A stretch of 64,000 bases of DNA from an uncultured Acidobacteriaceae bacterium (GTDB lineage: Bacteria > Acidobacteriota > Terriglobia > Terriglobales > Acidobacteriaceae): positions 16,513 through 80,512 of the forward strand of contig CAVUQE010000013.1 in the NCBI GenBank assembly GCA_963743365.1, written 5' to 3'. Position numbers and translations under genes: made by a program. Of the stretch, positions 1 to 9,979 are shown piece after piece. Within the stretch, counting starts at the first letter, position 1. Each line of letters opens with the position of its first letter. Under the pieces are notes generated by a model that saw nothing but the letters and a program-made list of their open reading frames with translations, was not told where the DNA came from and did no database searches.

Positions 1-205
1 CGCTCAATACCGCTTCCAGATCGAGCGCAGGCTTGGAGGGATTGCGAGTGGATGTACAGTAGACGCCGTGCTGGCCAATCAGGATCAAAGCGTCGGTGAG
101 CATATCGAGCGTCACCGCCAGACGGCCCCGCTCCGCTCCCATCATGAACTCGAAGCGCTCCAGGTCGTCACGGCGTTGCGCGATTGCAGATTCAGGTGCC
201 GGCAT
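1..205 (-). CDS. hypothetical protein, N-terminal part only (gene runs off the left edge)
   Basis: Reverse-strand ATG at 205..203, 11 nt after the gcvPB stop and preceded by AGGAA. Frame stays open to position 1 (MPAPESAIAQRRDDLERFEFMMGAERGRLAVTLDMLTDALILIGQHGVYCTSTRNPSKPALDLEAVLS). Missing from the ORF track because it has no stop inside the window. Confidence 0.4.
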   Translation of the reverse strand, partial: MPAPESAIAQRRDDLERFEFMMGAERGRLAVTLDMLTDALILIGQHGVYCTSTRNPSKPALDLEAVLS

Positions 206-216
206 TGTTCCTGCTT

Positions 217-1785
217 TCAAGATTTGTCGGAAACCGGGCGGGTGTAGCGCAGCACCGGTTTGCGTGCCGCCATCACCTCGTCGAGGCGCGAGATGCGTGT
301 GGCATGGGGCGCATTGAGCACCAGCTCGGGGTTTTCCTCCGCCTCACGGGCAATCTGCCGCATGGCGTCAATAAACAGATCGAGCTCTTCCTTCGATTCG
401 CTCTCCGTTGGCTCGATCATCAGGGCCCCGGGCACGATAAGCGGAAAGGAAGTGGTGTACGGATGAAAGCCATAGTCGATCAGCCTTTTGGCGATGTCAC
501 CGGTTTTGACACCCTTTTGCGTCTGCCGCCGATCGCTGAAGACCACCTCGTGTAGCGTGGGCGTGCGGTAGGGCAGCTCGTACACATCCTCCAGGTTTTT
601 GCGGATGTAGTTAGCGTTCAGCACCGCGTCTTCGGTGGTCTGCCGCAGGCCGTCCGGCCCATTGGCCATGATGTAAGCCAGGGCGCGCACAAACATGCCG
701 AAGTTGCCGTAGAACATGCGCACCCGCCCCACGGATTGGGGACGGTCGTACTCCAAACGCAGTGTCCGCCGGCCATCTTGATCCGGCGCACCCTCTACCA
801 CCACTGGCGTGGGCAGGAACGGCTCCAGGATCTTTTTGGTAGCCACCGGGCCGGACCCCGGACCGCCGCCGCCATGCGGGGTAGAGAAGGTCTTGTGCAG
901 GTTCAGATGCATCACATCCACGCCGAAATCTCCGGGACGGGTCTTGCCCACCAGGGCGTTCATGTTGGCGCCGTCCATGTAGAGCAGTGCGCCTTTGGCG
1001 TGAAGGATGTCGGCGATCTTGTGAATTTCACTCTCGAAGACGCCGATGGTGCTGGGGTTGGTCAGCATCAACGCAGCGGTATCTTCGGTGACGATCTGCT
1101 CCAGTTGGGCGACGTCGACCATACCCAGCGAGTTGGAGCGTAGATTCTCCACCTGGTAACCGCAGATGGCGGCGGTGGCGGGGTTGGTCCCGTGAGCAGA
1201 GTCGGGGATGATGACCTTGGTCCGGGGATTTCCCTTGGACTGATGGTAGGCGCGGACCAGCAGGATGCCGGTGAACTCTCCATGCGCCCCCGCCGCGGGT
1301 TGCAGCGTGATCGCATCCATGCCGGTGATGTCGAGCAGGCAGGATTGCAGCAGGCGAATCACCTCGAGCGCTCCCTGGGAGAGCGCTTCGGGCTGGTAAG
1401 GATGGGCCTCGGCGATGCCCTCAAGGCGGGCGACGAATTCGTTGACCCGCGGGTTGTACTTCATGGTGCAGCTGCCCAGCGGATACATACCGAGATCGAT
1501 GGCATAGTTCCAGGTCGAGAGACGGGTGAAGTGGCGAATGATCTCGATCTCGCTCAACTCGGGCATCAGTCCCAAATCCGTGCGAGCGGCTTCGCCCAGC
1601 ACGCTTGCAGGATCGACTTCAGGCACATCGAGCGGCGGCATCCTGTAGGCCTTCTTGCCCGGAGAAGACTTTTCAAAGATCAGGGCCTCATTTTGAGTAA
1701 GGTGTGCACTCACCTTGTGGCGCGTGCCTTCAAAGGGCTTGTTGGCCGTCTTGTTTGCTTCGAGTTGCTGGCTGGGGGATGCCAT
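217..1785 (-). CDS. gcvPB: glycine dehydrogenase (decarboxylating) subunit 2
   Basis: 522-aa ORF with a typical P-protein C-terminal subunit sequence (HLNLHKTFSTPHGGGGPG pyridoxal-Lys region). Lies last in the gcvT-H-PA-PB order. Confidence 0.95.
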   Translation of the reverse strand: MASPSQQLEANKTANKPFEGTRHKVSAHLTQNEALIFEKSSPGKKAYRMPPLDVPEVDPASVLGEAARTDLGLMPELSEIEIIRHFTRLSTWNYAIDLGMYPLGSCTMKYNPRVNEFVARLEGIAEAHPYQPEALSQGALEVIRLLQSCLLDITGMDAITLQPAAGAHGEFTGILLVRAYHQSKGNPRTKVIIPDSAHGTNPATAAICGYQVENLRSNSLGMVDVAQLEQIVTEDTAALMLTNPSTIGVFESEIHKIADILHAKGALLYMDGANMNALVGKTRPGDFGVDVMHLNLHKTFSTPHGGGGPGSGPVATKKILEPFLPTPVVVEGAPDQDGRRTLRLEYDRPQSVGRVRMFYGNFGMFVRALAYIMANGPDGLRQTTEDAVLNANYIRKNLEDVYELPYRTPTLHEVVFSDRRQTQKGVKTGDIAKRLIDYGFHPYTTSFPLIVPGALMIEPTESESKEELDLFIDAMRQIAREAEENPELVLNAPHATRISRLDEVMAARKPVLRYTRPVSDKS

Positions 1786-1802
1786 ACGGATTAGCTAGCC
1801 TT

Positions 1803-3164
1803 TCAAGCCCGGGTGAGGGCCGCTTCGGAGTCATGCTGCAGCAGCGAGGCGGCGTGGTCGATCTGCGCCCGGGTGTTGAGCTCGGTTGTGCACCACAAGC
1901 TCGCATGGCCCAGTTCGGGATACCAACGGCCAAGGGGCAACCCACCGATGACCTTCTGCTTGAGCAATTGCGCGTTTAGTTGCTCGGGCGATTCGGAGGT
2001 CTGCAGTACAAACTCATGGAAGCGTGGAGACGTCGGGAAGAGCAGCTGAGCTCCGCCAATGCTCGAAAACTGTTGCGCGGCATAGTTGGCCTTGGCCAGG
2101 TTATGCAACGCCAGCTCATGGATGCCTTCTTTGCCGTAGACGGTGAGGAAGATGGTGGCCATCAATGCGACCAGCGCCTGGTTGGTGCAGATGTTAGAAG
2201 TGGCCTTTTCCCGGCGGATATGCTGCTCGCGGGTTGACAGCGTGAGCACAAAGCCGCGGCGGCCCTGCTTATCGACGGTTTCGCCTACCAGGCGGCCCGG
2301 CATTTGCCGGAGATACTTCTCTTTGGCAGCGATCACGCCGCAGTAGGGACCTCCATAACTAAGCGCGACGCCGAAGGATTGTGCTTCCATGGAAACGATA
2401 TCGGCTTCTACAGGAGGCCGCACGACGCCGAGGGAAATGGCCTCAGCGATAGAGACAATCAGCAGCGCGCCTTTCTTGTGCACGATCTCGGCGATGGCGG
2501 GAATATCTTCAATAACGCCAAAAAAGTTCGGTGACTGTATCAGAACGCACGCTGTTTCTTCGCTGACGCGCTGTTCGAGCGCGGCCAGGTCGAGCCGACC
2601 ATCGTCACCGAAGGCCAGGGTCTCGGCGGCAAGCCCCGGGTGGTGCTGAGCGTAAGTCTGCATCACCTCGCGATACTCGGGATGCACGGTTCTGGCGACC
2701 AGAACTCCACTGCGTTGGGTGATGCGGACAGCCATGGTTACCGATTCGGCGGCGCCGGTCGACCCGTCGTACATGGAGGCGTTGGCAATCTCCATGCCGG
2801 TGAGTTCGCAGATCATGGTCTGGAACTCGAAGATGGCCTGTAATGTGCCCTGGGTGATCTCCGCCTGGTAGGGGGTGTAAGAGGTGAGAAACTCACCCCG
2901 CTGCACCAGCGAATCGATAATGACGGGCCGGTAGTGGCGATAGGCGCCGGCGCCGAGGAAACTGGTGTAACCAGCCGCGCTATTTTGCGCCGCGTTGCGA
3001 AAGTATTCGACGATCTCTGCTTCGCCCATCTGCCGCGGAACTTCAAGGTCCCGCTGCAGCCGGTATTCCTGGGGGATGGTAGAAAACAGATCGTCGATCG
3101 AGCTGGCGTCGATCTGCTTCAGCATTTCGAGCCGTTCGCCGGGCGATTTTGGCAAGTAGCGCAT
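1803..3164 (-). CDS. gcvPA: glycine dehydrogenase (decarboxylating) subunit 1
   Basis: 453-aa ORF with a P-protein N-terminal subunit sequence ([24 protein letters not shown]). Adjacent to gcvH and gcvPB. Confidence 0.95.
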   Translation of the reverse strand: MRYLPKSPGERLEMLKQIDASSIDDLFSTIPQEYRLQRDLEVPRQMGEAEIVEYFRNAAQNSAAGYTSFLGAGAYRHYRPVIIDSLVQRGEFLTSYTPYQAEITQGTLQAIFEFQTMICELTGMEIANASMYDGSTGAAESVTMAVRITQRSGVLVARTVHPEYREVMQTYAQHHPGLAAETLAFGDDGRLDLAALEQRVSEETACVLIQSPNFFGVIEDIPAIAEIVHKKGALLIVSIAEAISLGVVRPPVEADIVSMEAQSFGVALSYGGPYCGVIAAKEKYLRQMPGRLVGETVDKQGRRGFVLTLSTREQHIRREKATSNICTNQALVALMATIFLTVYGKEGIHELALHNLAKANYAAQQFSSIGGAQLLFPTSPRFHEFVLQTSESPEQLNAQLLKQKVIGGLPLGRWYPELGHASLWCTTELNTRAQIDHAASLLQHDSEAALTRA

Positions 3165-3224
3165 GGTGTGTCCTTTATCCCTGTTCTACGGCTTGATCGG
3201 CGGCGAGCTTAGCAGTGTCGGGCT

Positions 3225-3611
3225 TCAGTGGGTTTCCTCCTTGACGAACTTCTCGTAGTCCGCCGCATCGAGCAGCTGGCCGACTTCCGAGGGGTCGGCG
3301 ATCTCTACCTTGAGAATCCACGCCGCGTGGGCGTCGGCATTGATCTTTTCCGGAGCTGTCGTGAGCTCCTCATTGACTGCGATCACGGTGCCGGTTACCG
3401 GGGAGTAGAGATCGGAAACGGCCTTGACTGACTCGACGCTGCCAAAGACCTTGCCCTTCTCTACCTTGGCGCCGGGCTTGGGCATCTCGACAAAGACAAT
3501 GTCTCCCAGGGTGTTCTGGGCGTAATCGGTGATGCCCACTTTACCGGTCTTGCCTTCTACCTCAATCCACTCATGCTCCCGCGTGTAGCGGTAGGTTGCT
3601 GGATAGGCCAT
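3225..3611 (-). CDS. gcvH: glycine cleavage system protein H
   Basis: 128-aa ORF with the lipoyl-lysine motif ESVKAVSDLYSP and the typical N-terminus YTREHEWI. Confidence 0.95.
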   Translation of the reverse strand: MAYPATYRYTREHEWIEVEGKTGKVGITDYAQNTLGDIVFVEMPKPGAKVEKGKVFGSVESVKAVSDLYSPVTGTVIAVNEELTTAPEKINADAHAAWILKVEIADPSEVGQLLDAADYEKFVKEETH

Positions 3612-3723
3612 CCGTCTTGCTCTCCTTCGTCATTCTACGGGATCGTGCAATCTGCAGCGGGTCTCGCGCGGCTCCGCAGGGGAGGGTTTGAGGCCACTGG
3701 AAATTTGCCTGTCCGGCTACAGT

Positions 3724-4899
3724 TTAAGCGGGCTTCCCCTCAACCGCCTTTTTGCCCGCCCCGGCGTGCCGTGGGGCCCGGCGGTAAAAGGGGGTTGGCA
3801 CTACCTTGGCCTTGACCAGGTTCCCGCGCACCTCGACTGCCACTTCCGTTCCCAGCGCAGTGCGGTCCACCGGTATGTAGGCGAGAGCGATGTTCTTTTT
3901 CAAATAGGGCGAGGGAGAGCCGCTGGTCACGTAACCGATCGCTTCGCCTTCGAGGCTACAGACTTTGTAGCCATCGCGTGCGATGCCGCGATCGATCATT
4001 TCCAGCCCCACCAGCTTGCGCTTGGGAGCACCACTCTGCTTCAGTTGCAATAGTGCCTGCCCACCGAGGAAGTCGCTTTTGCCGAGCTTCGAGAAGCGCT
4101 CCAGGCCGGCTTCGAGGAGGTTGATCTCCTCTGAGATTTCATGGCCGTAGAGGGCCATTGCGGCCTCCAGGCGAAGGGTATTGCGCGCTCCCAGGCCGCA
4201 GGCGAGTATGCCGAATTCCTTACCTGCCTCCATCACTTCATCCCATACCCGGGCGCTGGTCGGCTCGTCGGAGGGCAGGTATATCTCAAAGCCATCTTCG
4301 CCCGTGTAGCCGGTGCGCGCGATGAGCGTGTTGGGGAGTCCACAGACGGTGCCCCAGGTGAACCAATAATTTTTGATCGCGCTGAGATTCGCCTTGGTCA
4401 GTTTTGCCAGCGTTTCCTCCGCGCGCGGCCCCTGGATGGCAAGCTGCGTGTAGTGGTCGCTGTAGTCGCTAATGTGGACGCCGGCAAATGATCCTACCTG
4501 CGAGCGAATCCATTGGTAGTCTTTCTCCCGGGTGCCGGCATTGATGACCAGCAGATAGTCATTGTCACTGAATTTGTGCACCAGAATGTCATCGACGAAG
4601 GTTCCTTGGGGATAGAGCATGGCCGAATATTGCGCCTGGCCCACGGCCAGCTTCGACGCATCGTTCATGGAAATGGCCTGGATGGCAGAGAGCGAGCCCG
4701 GGCCGCGAAACTGGATATCTCCCATGTGGCTCACGTCAAACAACCCTACGGCTGTGCGGACCGCCATATGCTCGGCGGTAATGCCGGAGTATTCGACCGG
4801 CATATCCCAGCCTCCGAAATCGACCATTTTGGCGCCGAGTTGCCGGTGGACACCATTCAATGCGGTCTTGCGCAGTGCAGGAGCGACGGGAGAGGACAC
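3724..4899 (-). CDS. gcvT: glycine cleavage system aminomethyltransferase T
   Basis: 391-aa ORF with a GcvT-like sequence (FGGWDMPVEY, GLFDVSHMG, ARTGYTGEDGFEI). GTG start with AAGGA 8 nt upstream. Confidence 0.93.
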   Translation of the reverse strand: MSSPVAPALRKTALNGVHRQLGAKMVDFGGWDMPVEYSGITAEHMAVRTAVGLFDVSHMGDIQFRGPGSLSAIQAISMNDASKLAVGQAQYSAMLYPQGTFVDDILVHKFSDNDYLLVINAGTREKDYQWIRSQVGSFAGVHISDYSDHYTQLAIQGPRAEETLAKLTKANLSAIKNYWFTWGTVCGLPNTLIARTGYTGEDGFEIYLPSDEPTSARVWDEVMEAGKEFGILACGLGARNTLRLEAAMALYGHEISEEINLLEAGLERFSKLGKSDFLGGQALLQLKQSGAPKRKLVGLEMIDRGIARDGYKVCSLEGEAIGYVTSGSPSPYLKKNIALAYIPVDRTALGTEVAVEVRGNLVKAKVVPTPFYRRAPRHAGAGKKAVEGKPA

Positions 4900-5035
4900 G
4901 GCGAATTCCTTGGAAAGAAGTGGCTAACATTCCACGTTAGCACGGACGGGCAGAGGATTACGTGGTGGGTCCCGTTTCAGTTTGGGCGGTCCGGATATCC
5001 GCTTTACGCGGCTGCGAAACGCGCGGGCTTTACAG

Positions 5036-5112
5036 ACGAAGGGCATGGCTTTAGCCGTGCCGCTCTCAGCGTGCGATCGGAGAGGGCTTCAGCCCCTGAG
5101 GTACGGCTTTTT
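5036..5112 (+). repeat. two-hairpin intergenic repeat, copy 1 (GGGCAYGGCTTTAGYCGTGCC ... GGGCTTYAGCCCCTGAGGTA)
   Basis: Hairpin GGCATGGC-TTTA-GCCGTGCC, then about 20 nt later hairpin GGGC-TTCA-GCCC. Related copies at 5537-5597 (inverted), 11286-11360, 18683-18758 and, more diverged, 59596-59670. Confidence 0.6.
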
Positions 5113-5486
5113 CAATGATTCCCCGCGAATTTCCTTGTGGCCACCAGCCCTCTGCGCCTTCAACTGCCCCGACCGGTTTTTGTCCGGCAGGTTGCCAGAA
5201 CCGTACCTCGGGGGCTAAAAGCCCGTACCCTTCAGAGACGGCACTCTGTTGTTTCTGGAGTTGTGGTCGACCGGGTTCGCAGTTATTCCTGCCCAGCAGC
5301 GAGGGATGGAGACCTAGCCAAACCGCGGATAAGTAGGTCTTATCTCGCTTATCTCGCTTTTCACTCAATCTTTTTCCCGCACGAAAGCGCCGGCCGGGGG
5401 CTTATCTCTCTTTTCTCTCACAAAGTGCATTCTTTTTTTCGGAAAGCTTTGCGGAATGGGGAACGCAACGAGGTGACTCAGGAAAC

Positions 5487-5526
5487 GGGAAAATAAAACC
5501 GCAGGTCCCCTGCGGTTTATTTTCCC
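5487..5526. terminator. bidirectional intrinsic-terminator-like palindrome
   Basis: GGGAAAATAAAACCGCAGG-TCCC-CTGCGGTTTATTTTCCC is a near-perfect palindrome with a GC core and A/T-rich flanks on both strands. It lies about 110 nt downstream of the minus-strand propeller gene. Confidence 0.6.
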
Positions 5527-5536
5527 GTTCTCACGC

Positions 5537-5597
5537 GGACTCTTTAGCCCTCATCGCGGTGGCTCTGCACGGCACGGCTAAAGCCATGCCCTTCGTT
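5537..5597 (-). repeat. two-hairpin intergenic repeat, copy 2 (inverted relative to copy 1)
   Basis: The reverse complement reads CGAAGGGCATGGCTTTAGCCGTGCCG...GAGGGCTAAAGAGTCC. The first hairpin matches copy 1 exactly and the second is degenerate. Confidence 0.55.
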
Positions 5598-5637
5598 TTG
5601 GAGAGTCGCTTTGCAGCCTGAAACAAAACCTCGGCCG

Positions 5638-6732
5638 TTATTCGCCGCTTCGATTTCCGCCAAGAGCGGGTTGCCGATGGGAGTGAGGTCCCGCGAGGGG
5701 TGCAGGGCCCGCCCAAGCTAGTCCATCGACGCCCGCGCCGGCATCGATCAGCGAGTCTACCTTCCACGAGGACAGATCGACCACTGCAATCTGTTTCGCT
5801 TTAGAGCAGGAGACATACGCTACCTTGCCATTAGGACTGGCAAGCACCTTGACCGGATCGTCGGCAACGTCGACGGTGCGCACGACCTTAAGACTGGCGA
5901 GGTCCACTACCGCTACCTTGTTGGCTTTAGGAAGCGTGACCAACAGAAAGCGGCCGTCGCGAGTGGGATAGGTTCCGTAGCCCACCGCCGGCAATTCGAC
6001 CCAGGTCTTGATCTTGTTGGTGGCGGTGTCGATCACCGCAAGTTGCGGCTTGGTCTGATCCGAGGTGAAGACCATTTTGTCGTCGTTGGAGATGGCAATG
6101 CGCTGGGATTCTTTGGAGATCGGGATGATGGCGATCGTCTTGCGCCCTGCTATATCCAGCACGGAGACCGAACCCGCACCCACATTCGAAGTGTAGCCTC
6201 GCTTGCCATCGCGGGAGATGACCAGCATGTGCGATTCCTTCTGCCCGGTGGGTATAGTGCCCACGATCTTCAGTGTCTTGGGATCGATGATGGTCACCGT
6301 CTGGTCGAGTTCCGTGGTCACGTAAAGCAAGCCATTTACCTTGTCGTAGACCGGGCAGTGAGGCCGTACTCCATGGCCAAAGTCGACGCGGTCCACGACC
6401 TTGCGGCTGGGGATGTCGATCACCACCATTTCCCGGCCATCGGTGCCCGGCTTACCGACCCCAGAGCTACCGTAGATCGGCACGTAGGCGGTGCGGCCAT
6501 CCGGAGAGGTGGCTACCTCATGGCCGGTAATGCCCCCCTCGGGCACGGTCGCAAGCTGCTTGGCCGCGACAGGGTCGATGATGCTGAGGTCGCGGTCACC
6601 CTGGTTGGTGGCCACAAGAAGCGGCTTTGCCGGAGTTGCGGTGTTGGCGGAGGCATTAGTCATAATTAGGGTCAACGGCAGGATAAGGCAGACCGCGCAA
6701 AGCATAACGTACACGAAGATGGGTTTATTCAT
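5638..6732 (-). CDS. secreted YVTN-type beta-propeller repeat protein
   Basis: 364-aa ORF with an N-terminal signal peptide and periodic strands such as LYVTTELDQTVTIID, GYTSNVGAGSVSVLD, LLVTLPKANKVAVVD and AYVSCSKAKQIAVVD. Confidence 0.8.
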   Translation of the reverse strand: MNKPIFVYVMLCAVCLILPLTLIMTNASANTATPAKPLLVATNQGDRDLSIIDPVAAKQLATVPEGGITGHEVATSPDGRTAYVPIYGSSGVGKPGTDGREMVVIDIPSRKVVDRVDFGHGVRPHCPVYDKVNGLLYVTTELDQTVTIIDPKTLKIVGTIPTGQKESHMLVISRDGKRGYTSNVGAGSVSVLDIAGRKTIAIIPISKESQRIAISNDDKMVFTSDQTKPQLAVIDTATNKIKTWVELPAVGYGTYPTRDGRFLLVTLPKANKVAVVDLASLKVVRTVDVADDPVKVLASPNGKVAYVSCSKAKQIAVVDLSSWKVDSLIDAGAGVDGLAWAGPAPLAGPHSHRQPALGGNRSGE

Positions 6733-6800
6733 GGCGTGTGAATTATATCCGCGAACCGGAGTGCCTGGCAGGCGAAGCGATAAGCTGTTTAGAAAGGAAC

Positions 6801-7460
6801 ATGACCCAAGCTCCGGCTAAACAACTAAGCTCAGGCCAACCCTGGTGGCCGGCCGTGGTCGCCGTCTCGTCGATGTGTGGCCTATATCTTTGCCTACCGG
6901 AATCGCTCACTTTCGGGCCCTCCTGGCTTTTACTGGTGGTGGTTTTCCTGCTCATGGTCCCCGCGGTGATCGCCAAGATCCGCGGCTCCTTTGCACTCAA
7001 CCAGGTGCTCGGTTACATCGTCTTGGGCGTCGTTACCGCAGCCATGCTTTGGTCGCTTTTCATGCTCGTCCACTCTCTCATCGTCCACAAAATCACTCCA
7101 TCGGATCTGTTGCGCTCGGCAACCGCTCTCTGGGCCACGAACATCTTGGTTTTCGCGACGTGGTATTGGCGCCTGGATGCGGGCGGACCCCACGCGCGCC
7201 ATCTTCGCGGCAAGCACACCGAGGGAGATTTTCTGTTTCCCCAAATGACGCTGGCTCCCAGGACGGACAAGCCGGTGCAGGAAAACTGGTCTCCCGGATT
7301 TGTTGATTATCTCTTTCTGGCCTTCAACACCAGCACGGCATTCTCTCCGACCGATTCGCCGGTACTCTCCCGATGGGCCAAGGTGGCCATGATGGTGCAA
7401 TCCACCATCTCCTTTGCCACCGTTGCCCTGCTGGCGGCGCGGGCCATCAACATAATCTGA
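6801..7460 (+). CDS. DUF1345-like integral membrane protein
   Basis: Multi-pass membrane ORF with the C-terminal pattern DYLFLAFNTSTAFSPTD...STISFATVALLAARAINI. The ATG at 6801 with AAAGGA upstream is preferred over 6738, which would leave only 5 bp to the divergent gene. Confidence 0.7.
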   Translation: MTQAPAKQLSSGQPWWPAVVAVSSMCGLYLCLPESLTFGPSWLLLVVVFLLMVPAVIAKIRGSFALNQVLGYIVLGVVTAAMLWSLFMLVHSLIVHKITPSDLLRSATALWATNILVFATWYWRLDAGGPHARHLRGKHTEGDFLFPQMTLAPRTDKPVQENWSPGFVDYLFLAFNTSTAFSPTDSPVLSRWAKVAMMVQSTISFATVALLAARAINII

Positions 7461-7466
7461 TCTTCC

Positions 7467-9017
7467 TCAAACCGGCGGCGTCTTTTGGTATTCGCCAAAT
7501 ACCTTGCGCAAGCTTCCGGCGACCTCGCCGACCGTGGCGTAGCTCTCGACCGCGTCCACGATCGCCGGCATCAGGCTGCCGGTGGAGCGGGCCTGATCCG
7601 TGAGTCGGTCAAGAGCCGCCTGGCAGCGAAGGGGATCGCGTCGTGCTCGGAGGGCGCGTACCCGCTCGATTTGACGACGTTCCGCCGTCTCGTCAACATC
7701 CTGACCAGGCAGGCAAGGGAAGTCGTCTTGCGGGCTGGTGAATCGGTTGACCCCCACCACCACGGTTTCTTCGGCCTCGACGGCTTGCTGGTGGCGGTAG
7801 GCCGCCTCTTCAATTTCCCGCTGCACCCAGCCCCGCTCAATGGCGGCCACCATGCCGCCCAAGTCATCAATTCGCTCCAGGTAAGTTCGCGCCTCCTGCT
7901 CGATGGAGTTGGTCAGCGATTCGAGGTAATAGGAACCGGCGAGCGGATCAACTGTTTGTGCCACGCCGGATTCCCGGGCGAGAATCTGCTGTGTACGAAG
8001 CGCCATGCGGGCAGCCTCCTCGCTGGGGAGCCCTAGCGCCTCATCGTAGCCGTTGACGTGTAACGACTGGGCGCCGCCGAGAACGGCGGAGAGCGCCTGC
8101 AGGGCGGTGCGGGCGAGATTGTTTTCCGCTTGCTGCGCGGTCAAAGTCGAGCCGGCGGTCTGGGCGTGAAAGCGCAGCGCTTCCGAGTCCAAGCCGAATT
8201 GCTCGCGCAAAAGACGGGCCCAAAGCCGGCGGGCGGAGCGGAACTTGGCCACTTCCTCGAAGAAGTCATTATGCGCAGCAAAAAAGAAGGAGAACCGCCT
8301 CGCCGACTGTGCAAGGTCGAGGCCGGCCGCATGCAAAGCCTCGAGGTAAGCGCGTCCGTTCGCCAGGGAAAAGGCGACCTCCTGGACGGCGGTGGCGCCG
8401 GCCTCGCGCATGTGGTAGCCGGAGATAGAGATAGGGTTCCACTTGGGCAGGTGTTGGCCGGTCCAGGAGAATAGATCGGCAACCATGCGCAGTCCTGAGG
8501 GAAGAGGATAAATGTAGGTTCCGCGGGCGATGTGCTCCTTCAGGATGTCATTCTGTACCGTGCCCGAAAGCCGTTCCAATGCCGCCCCAGACCGTCTGGC
8601 CGCCACGACGTATAGGGCCAGCAGAATATTGGCGGTGGCATTAATCGTCATGGAGGTCGAGATGGTAGCCAACGGGATGCCGTCGAAAAGCCGCTCCATA
8701 TCCTCGATGGAATCGATCGCCACGCCGGCTTTGCCCACCTCACCCGCCGCCCACGGGGAGTCGGAGTCGTATCCAATCTGGGTGGGAAGGTCGAAGGCTA
8801 CGGAAAGCCCCTCGCTACCCTGGGCCAGTAGGAATTTGTAGCGCTGGTTGGATTGCTCCGCGTCCCCCATACCCGAGTACTGGCGCATGGTCCAGGGGCG
8901 GGACCGGTACATGGTGGGCCACACACCGCGAGTGAAGGGATATTGTCCGGGGTAACCCAGGTCGCGATCGGGGTCGAAGCCGCCCAGATCCTCTGCCCGG
9001 TAAAAGGGGCGACGCAT
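7467..9017 (-). CDS. methylmalonyl-CoA mutase family, catalytic (large) subunit without a B12-binding domain
   Basis: 516-aa ORF with an acyl-CoA mutase TIM-barrel sequence ([46 protein letters not shown]). The ORF ends before any DxHxxG cobalamin domain. Confidence 0.88.
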   Translation of the reverse strand: MRRPFYRAEDLGGFDPDRDLGYPGQYPFTRGVWPTMYRSRPWTMRQYSGMGDAEQSNQRYKFLLAQGSEGLSVAFDLPTQIGYDSDSPWAAGEVGKAGVAIDSIEDMERLFDGIPLATISTSMTINATANILLALYVVAARRSGAALERLSGTVQNDILKEHIARGTYIYPLPSGLRMVADLFSWTGQHLPKWNPISISGYHMREAGATAVQEVAFSLANGRAYLEALHAAGLDLAQSARRFSFFFAAHNDFFEEVAKFRSARRLWARLLREQFGLDSEALRFHAQTAGSTLTAQQAENNLARTALQALSAVLGGAQSLHVNGYDEALGLPSEEAARMALRTQQILARESGVAQTVDPLAGSYYLESLTNSIEQEARTYLERIDDLGGMVAAIERGWVQREIEEAAYRHQQAVEAEETVVVGVNRFTSPQDDFPCLPGQDVDETAERRQIERVRALRARRDPLRCQAALDRLTDQARSTGSLMPAIVDAVESYATVGEVAGSLRKVFGEYQKTPPV

Positions 9018-9020
9018 TCC

Positions 9021-9494
9021 CTAGGATCGCCCGCTGTTGCCCAACTTGGGTCCCCGCTTGCTCTTTCGGTAGGCCCGGGCGAAGGAGCTGACCGAAAACC
9101 AGGCAAAAAGGAAGGCCATTCCGCCGTAAAGCAGCAGGTGGGTGTGTTCCGGGCCCTGCCGCCAGGCGGTACGCACGCGATAAATACTTTGCACAAAGAA
9201 GAGTGCGAAAAGAGCGAAAAACAGGCCCGTGATTTCCAGCCACAGTACCCCGCCGGCGTGCGTAAATGGGCCTAAGAGAGCGCTGCCAAAGGCCTTAGCA
9301 CCCTGTTTGGCATTTTTGACCCGGCTGCTCATGGGGACTACGGATCGTCCTGAGGTTGAGGCCGGCGGAGGGCCGTTTCCGGCCGTCGAGGCGGCAGGAG
9401 ACGCCGCGCCAGCCCGTTCCACCCGTTCGCGGAGCATATTTGAGGCCACGCGGACGCCGATGCCGAGCGTACGGCCTACTTTCTTTGGCTCCAT
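9021..9494 (-). CDS. hypothetical membrane protein
   Basis: 157-aa ORF with two hydrophobic segments in the C-terminal half. Its stop is 4 nt before the mutase start, which suggests one operon. Confidence 0.55.
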   Translation of the reverse strand: MEPKKVGRTLGIGVRVASNMLRERVERAGAASPAASTAGNGPPPASTSGRSVVPMSSRVKNAKQGAKAFGSALLGPFTHAGGVLWLEITGLFFALFALFFVQSIYRVRTAWRQGPEHTHLLLYGGMAFLFAWFSVSSFARAYRKSKRGPKLGNSGRS

Positions 9495-9570
9495 AGCAAA
9501 AGTTTACCAGTCGGTTGATTCAGATTGCTCCGCTACGCCATCACAAGTAAGGTAGGTAAAACCGCGCCCG

Positions 9571-9876
9571 GTGGTGGCGATTGGGGGTACTTCTTTGAAC
9601 CAACGACTTCGTCGTCTTATTCAGCAGCTGGGGGAGGCCATCCATGAATCGGTTTCCGAGTCCGAGCAGATCTCTGAGGTCGTGCAGGACATCCGCAAGC
9701 AGGGCTTTGATGTGCTGCTGATGCTGGAAGCGACGATTGGCTTGAACGAGGTGGAACAACAGCCGGCCTCCGAGCTGGAAGCCCCTGTGAACGAAACTTC
9801 CCAGGGAGATGAGACGTTTAACGCACAGGATGTACACTTTCTGCGCTCCCTGCGCATCTCGGTCGAGGAGGGCTGA
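9571..9876 (+). CDS. hypothetical small acidic protein
   Basis: 101-aa ORF with a GTG start and a more protein-like composition than the overlapping antisense ORF 9541..9900. No recognised motif. Confidence 0.35.
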   Translation: MVAIGGTSLNQRLRRLIQQLGEAIHESVSESEQISEVVQDIRKQGFDVLLMLEATIGLNEVEQQPASELEAPVNETSQGDETFNAQDVHFLRSLRISVEEG

Positions 9877-9979
9877 ACGTAGGGGAGTTTGAAGCATCAC
9901 ACCTCAGGTATAGAGTTGGCAACAGCGCTTAACCCGGCCTGAGGGTCGTGGCAGCGCGCACGGTTAGCGCAGGGACGCG

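Noticed and set aside
4900-5035. Expected a glycine riboswitch in the leader of gcvT.
   Set aside because: Reading the minus strand, I could not find the conserved cores (GGAGAG ... CACCGAAGGGGCAA ... CTCAGGCAAAAGGAC). Only a weak resemblance (ACCGCCCAAACTGAAACGGGAC) and a short hairpin (GCTAAC-N7-GTTAGC) are present. A covariance-model scan with RF00504 would settle it.
9541-9900. 119-aa minus-strand ORF overlapping 9571-9876.
   Set aside because: Its peptide is Leu/Arg/His-rich and less protein-like than the plus-strand alternative. Neither has strong support, so only the plus-strand ORF is listed, at low confidence.
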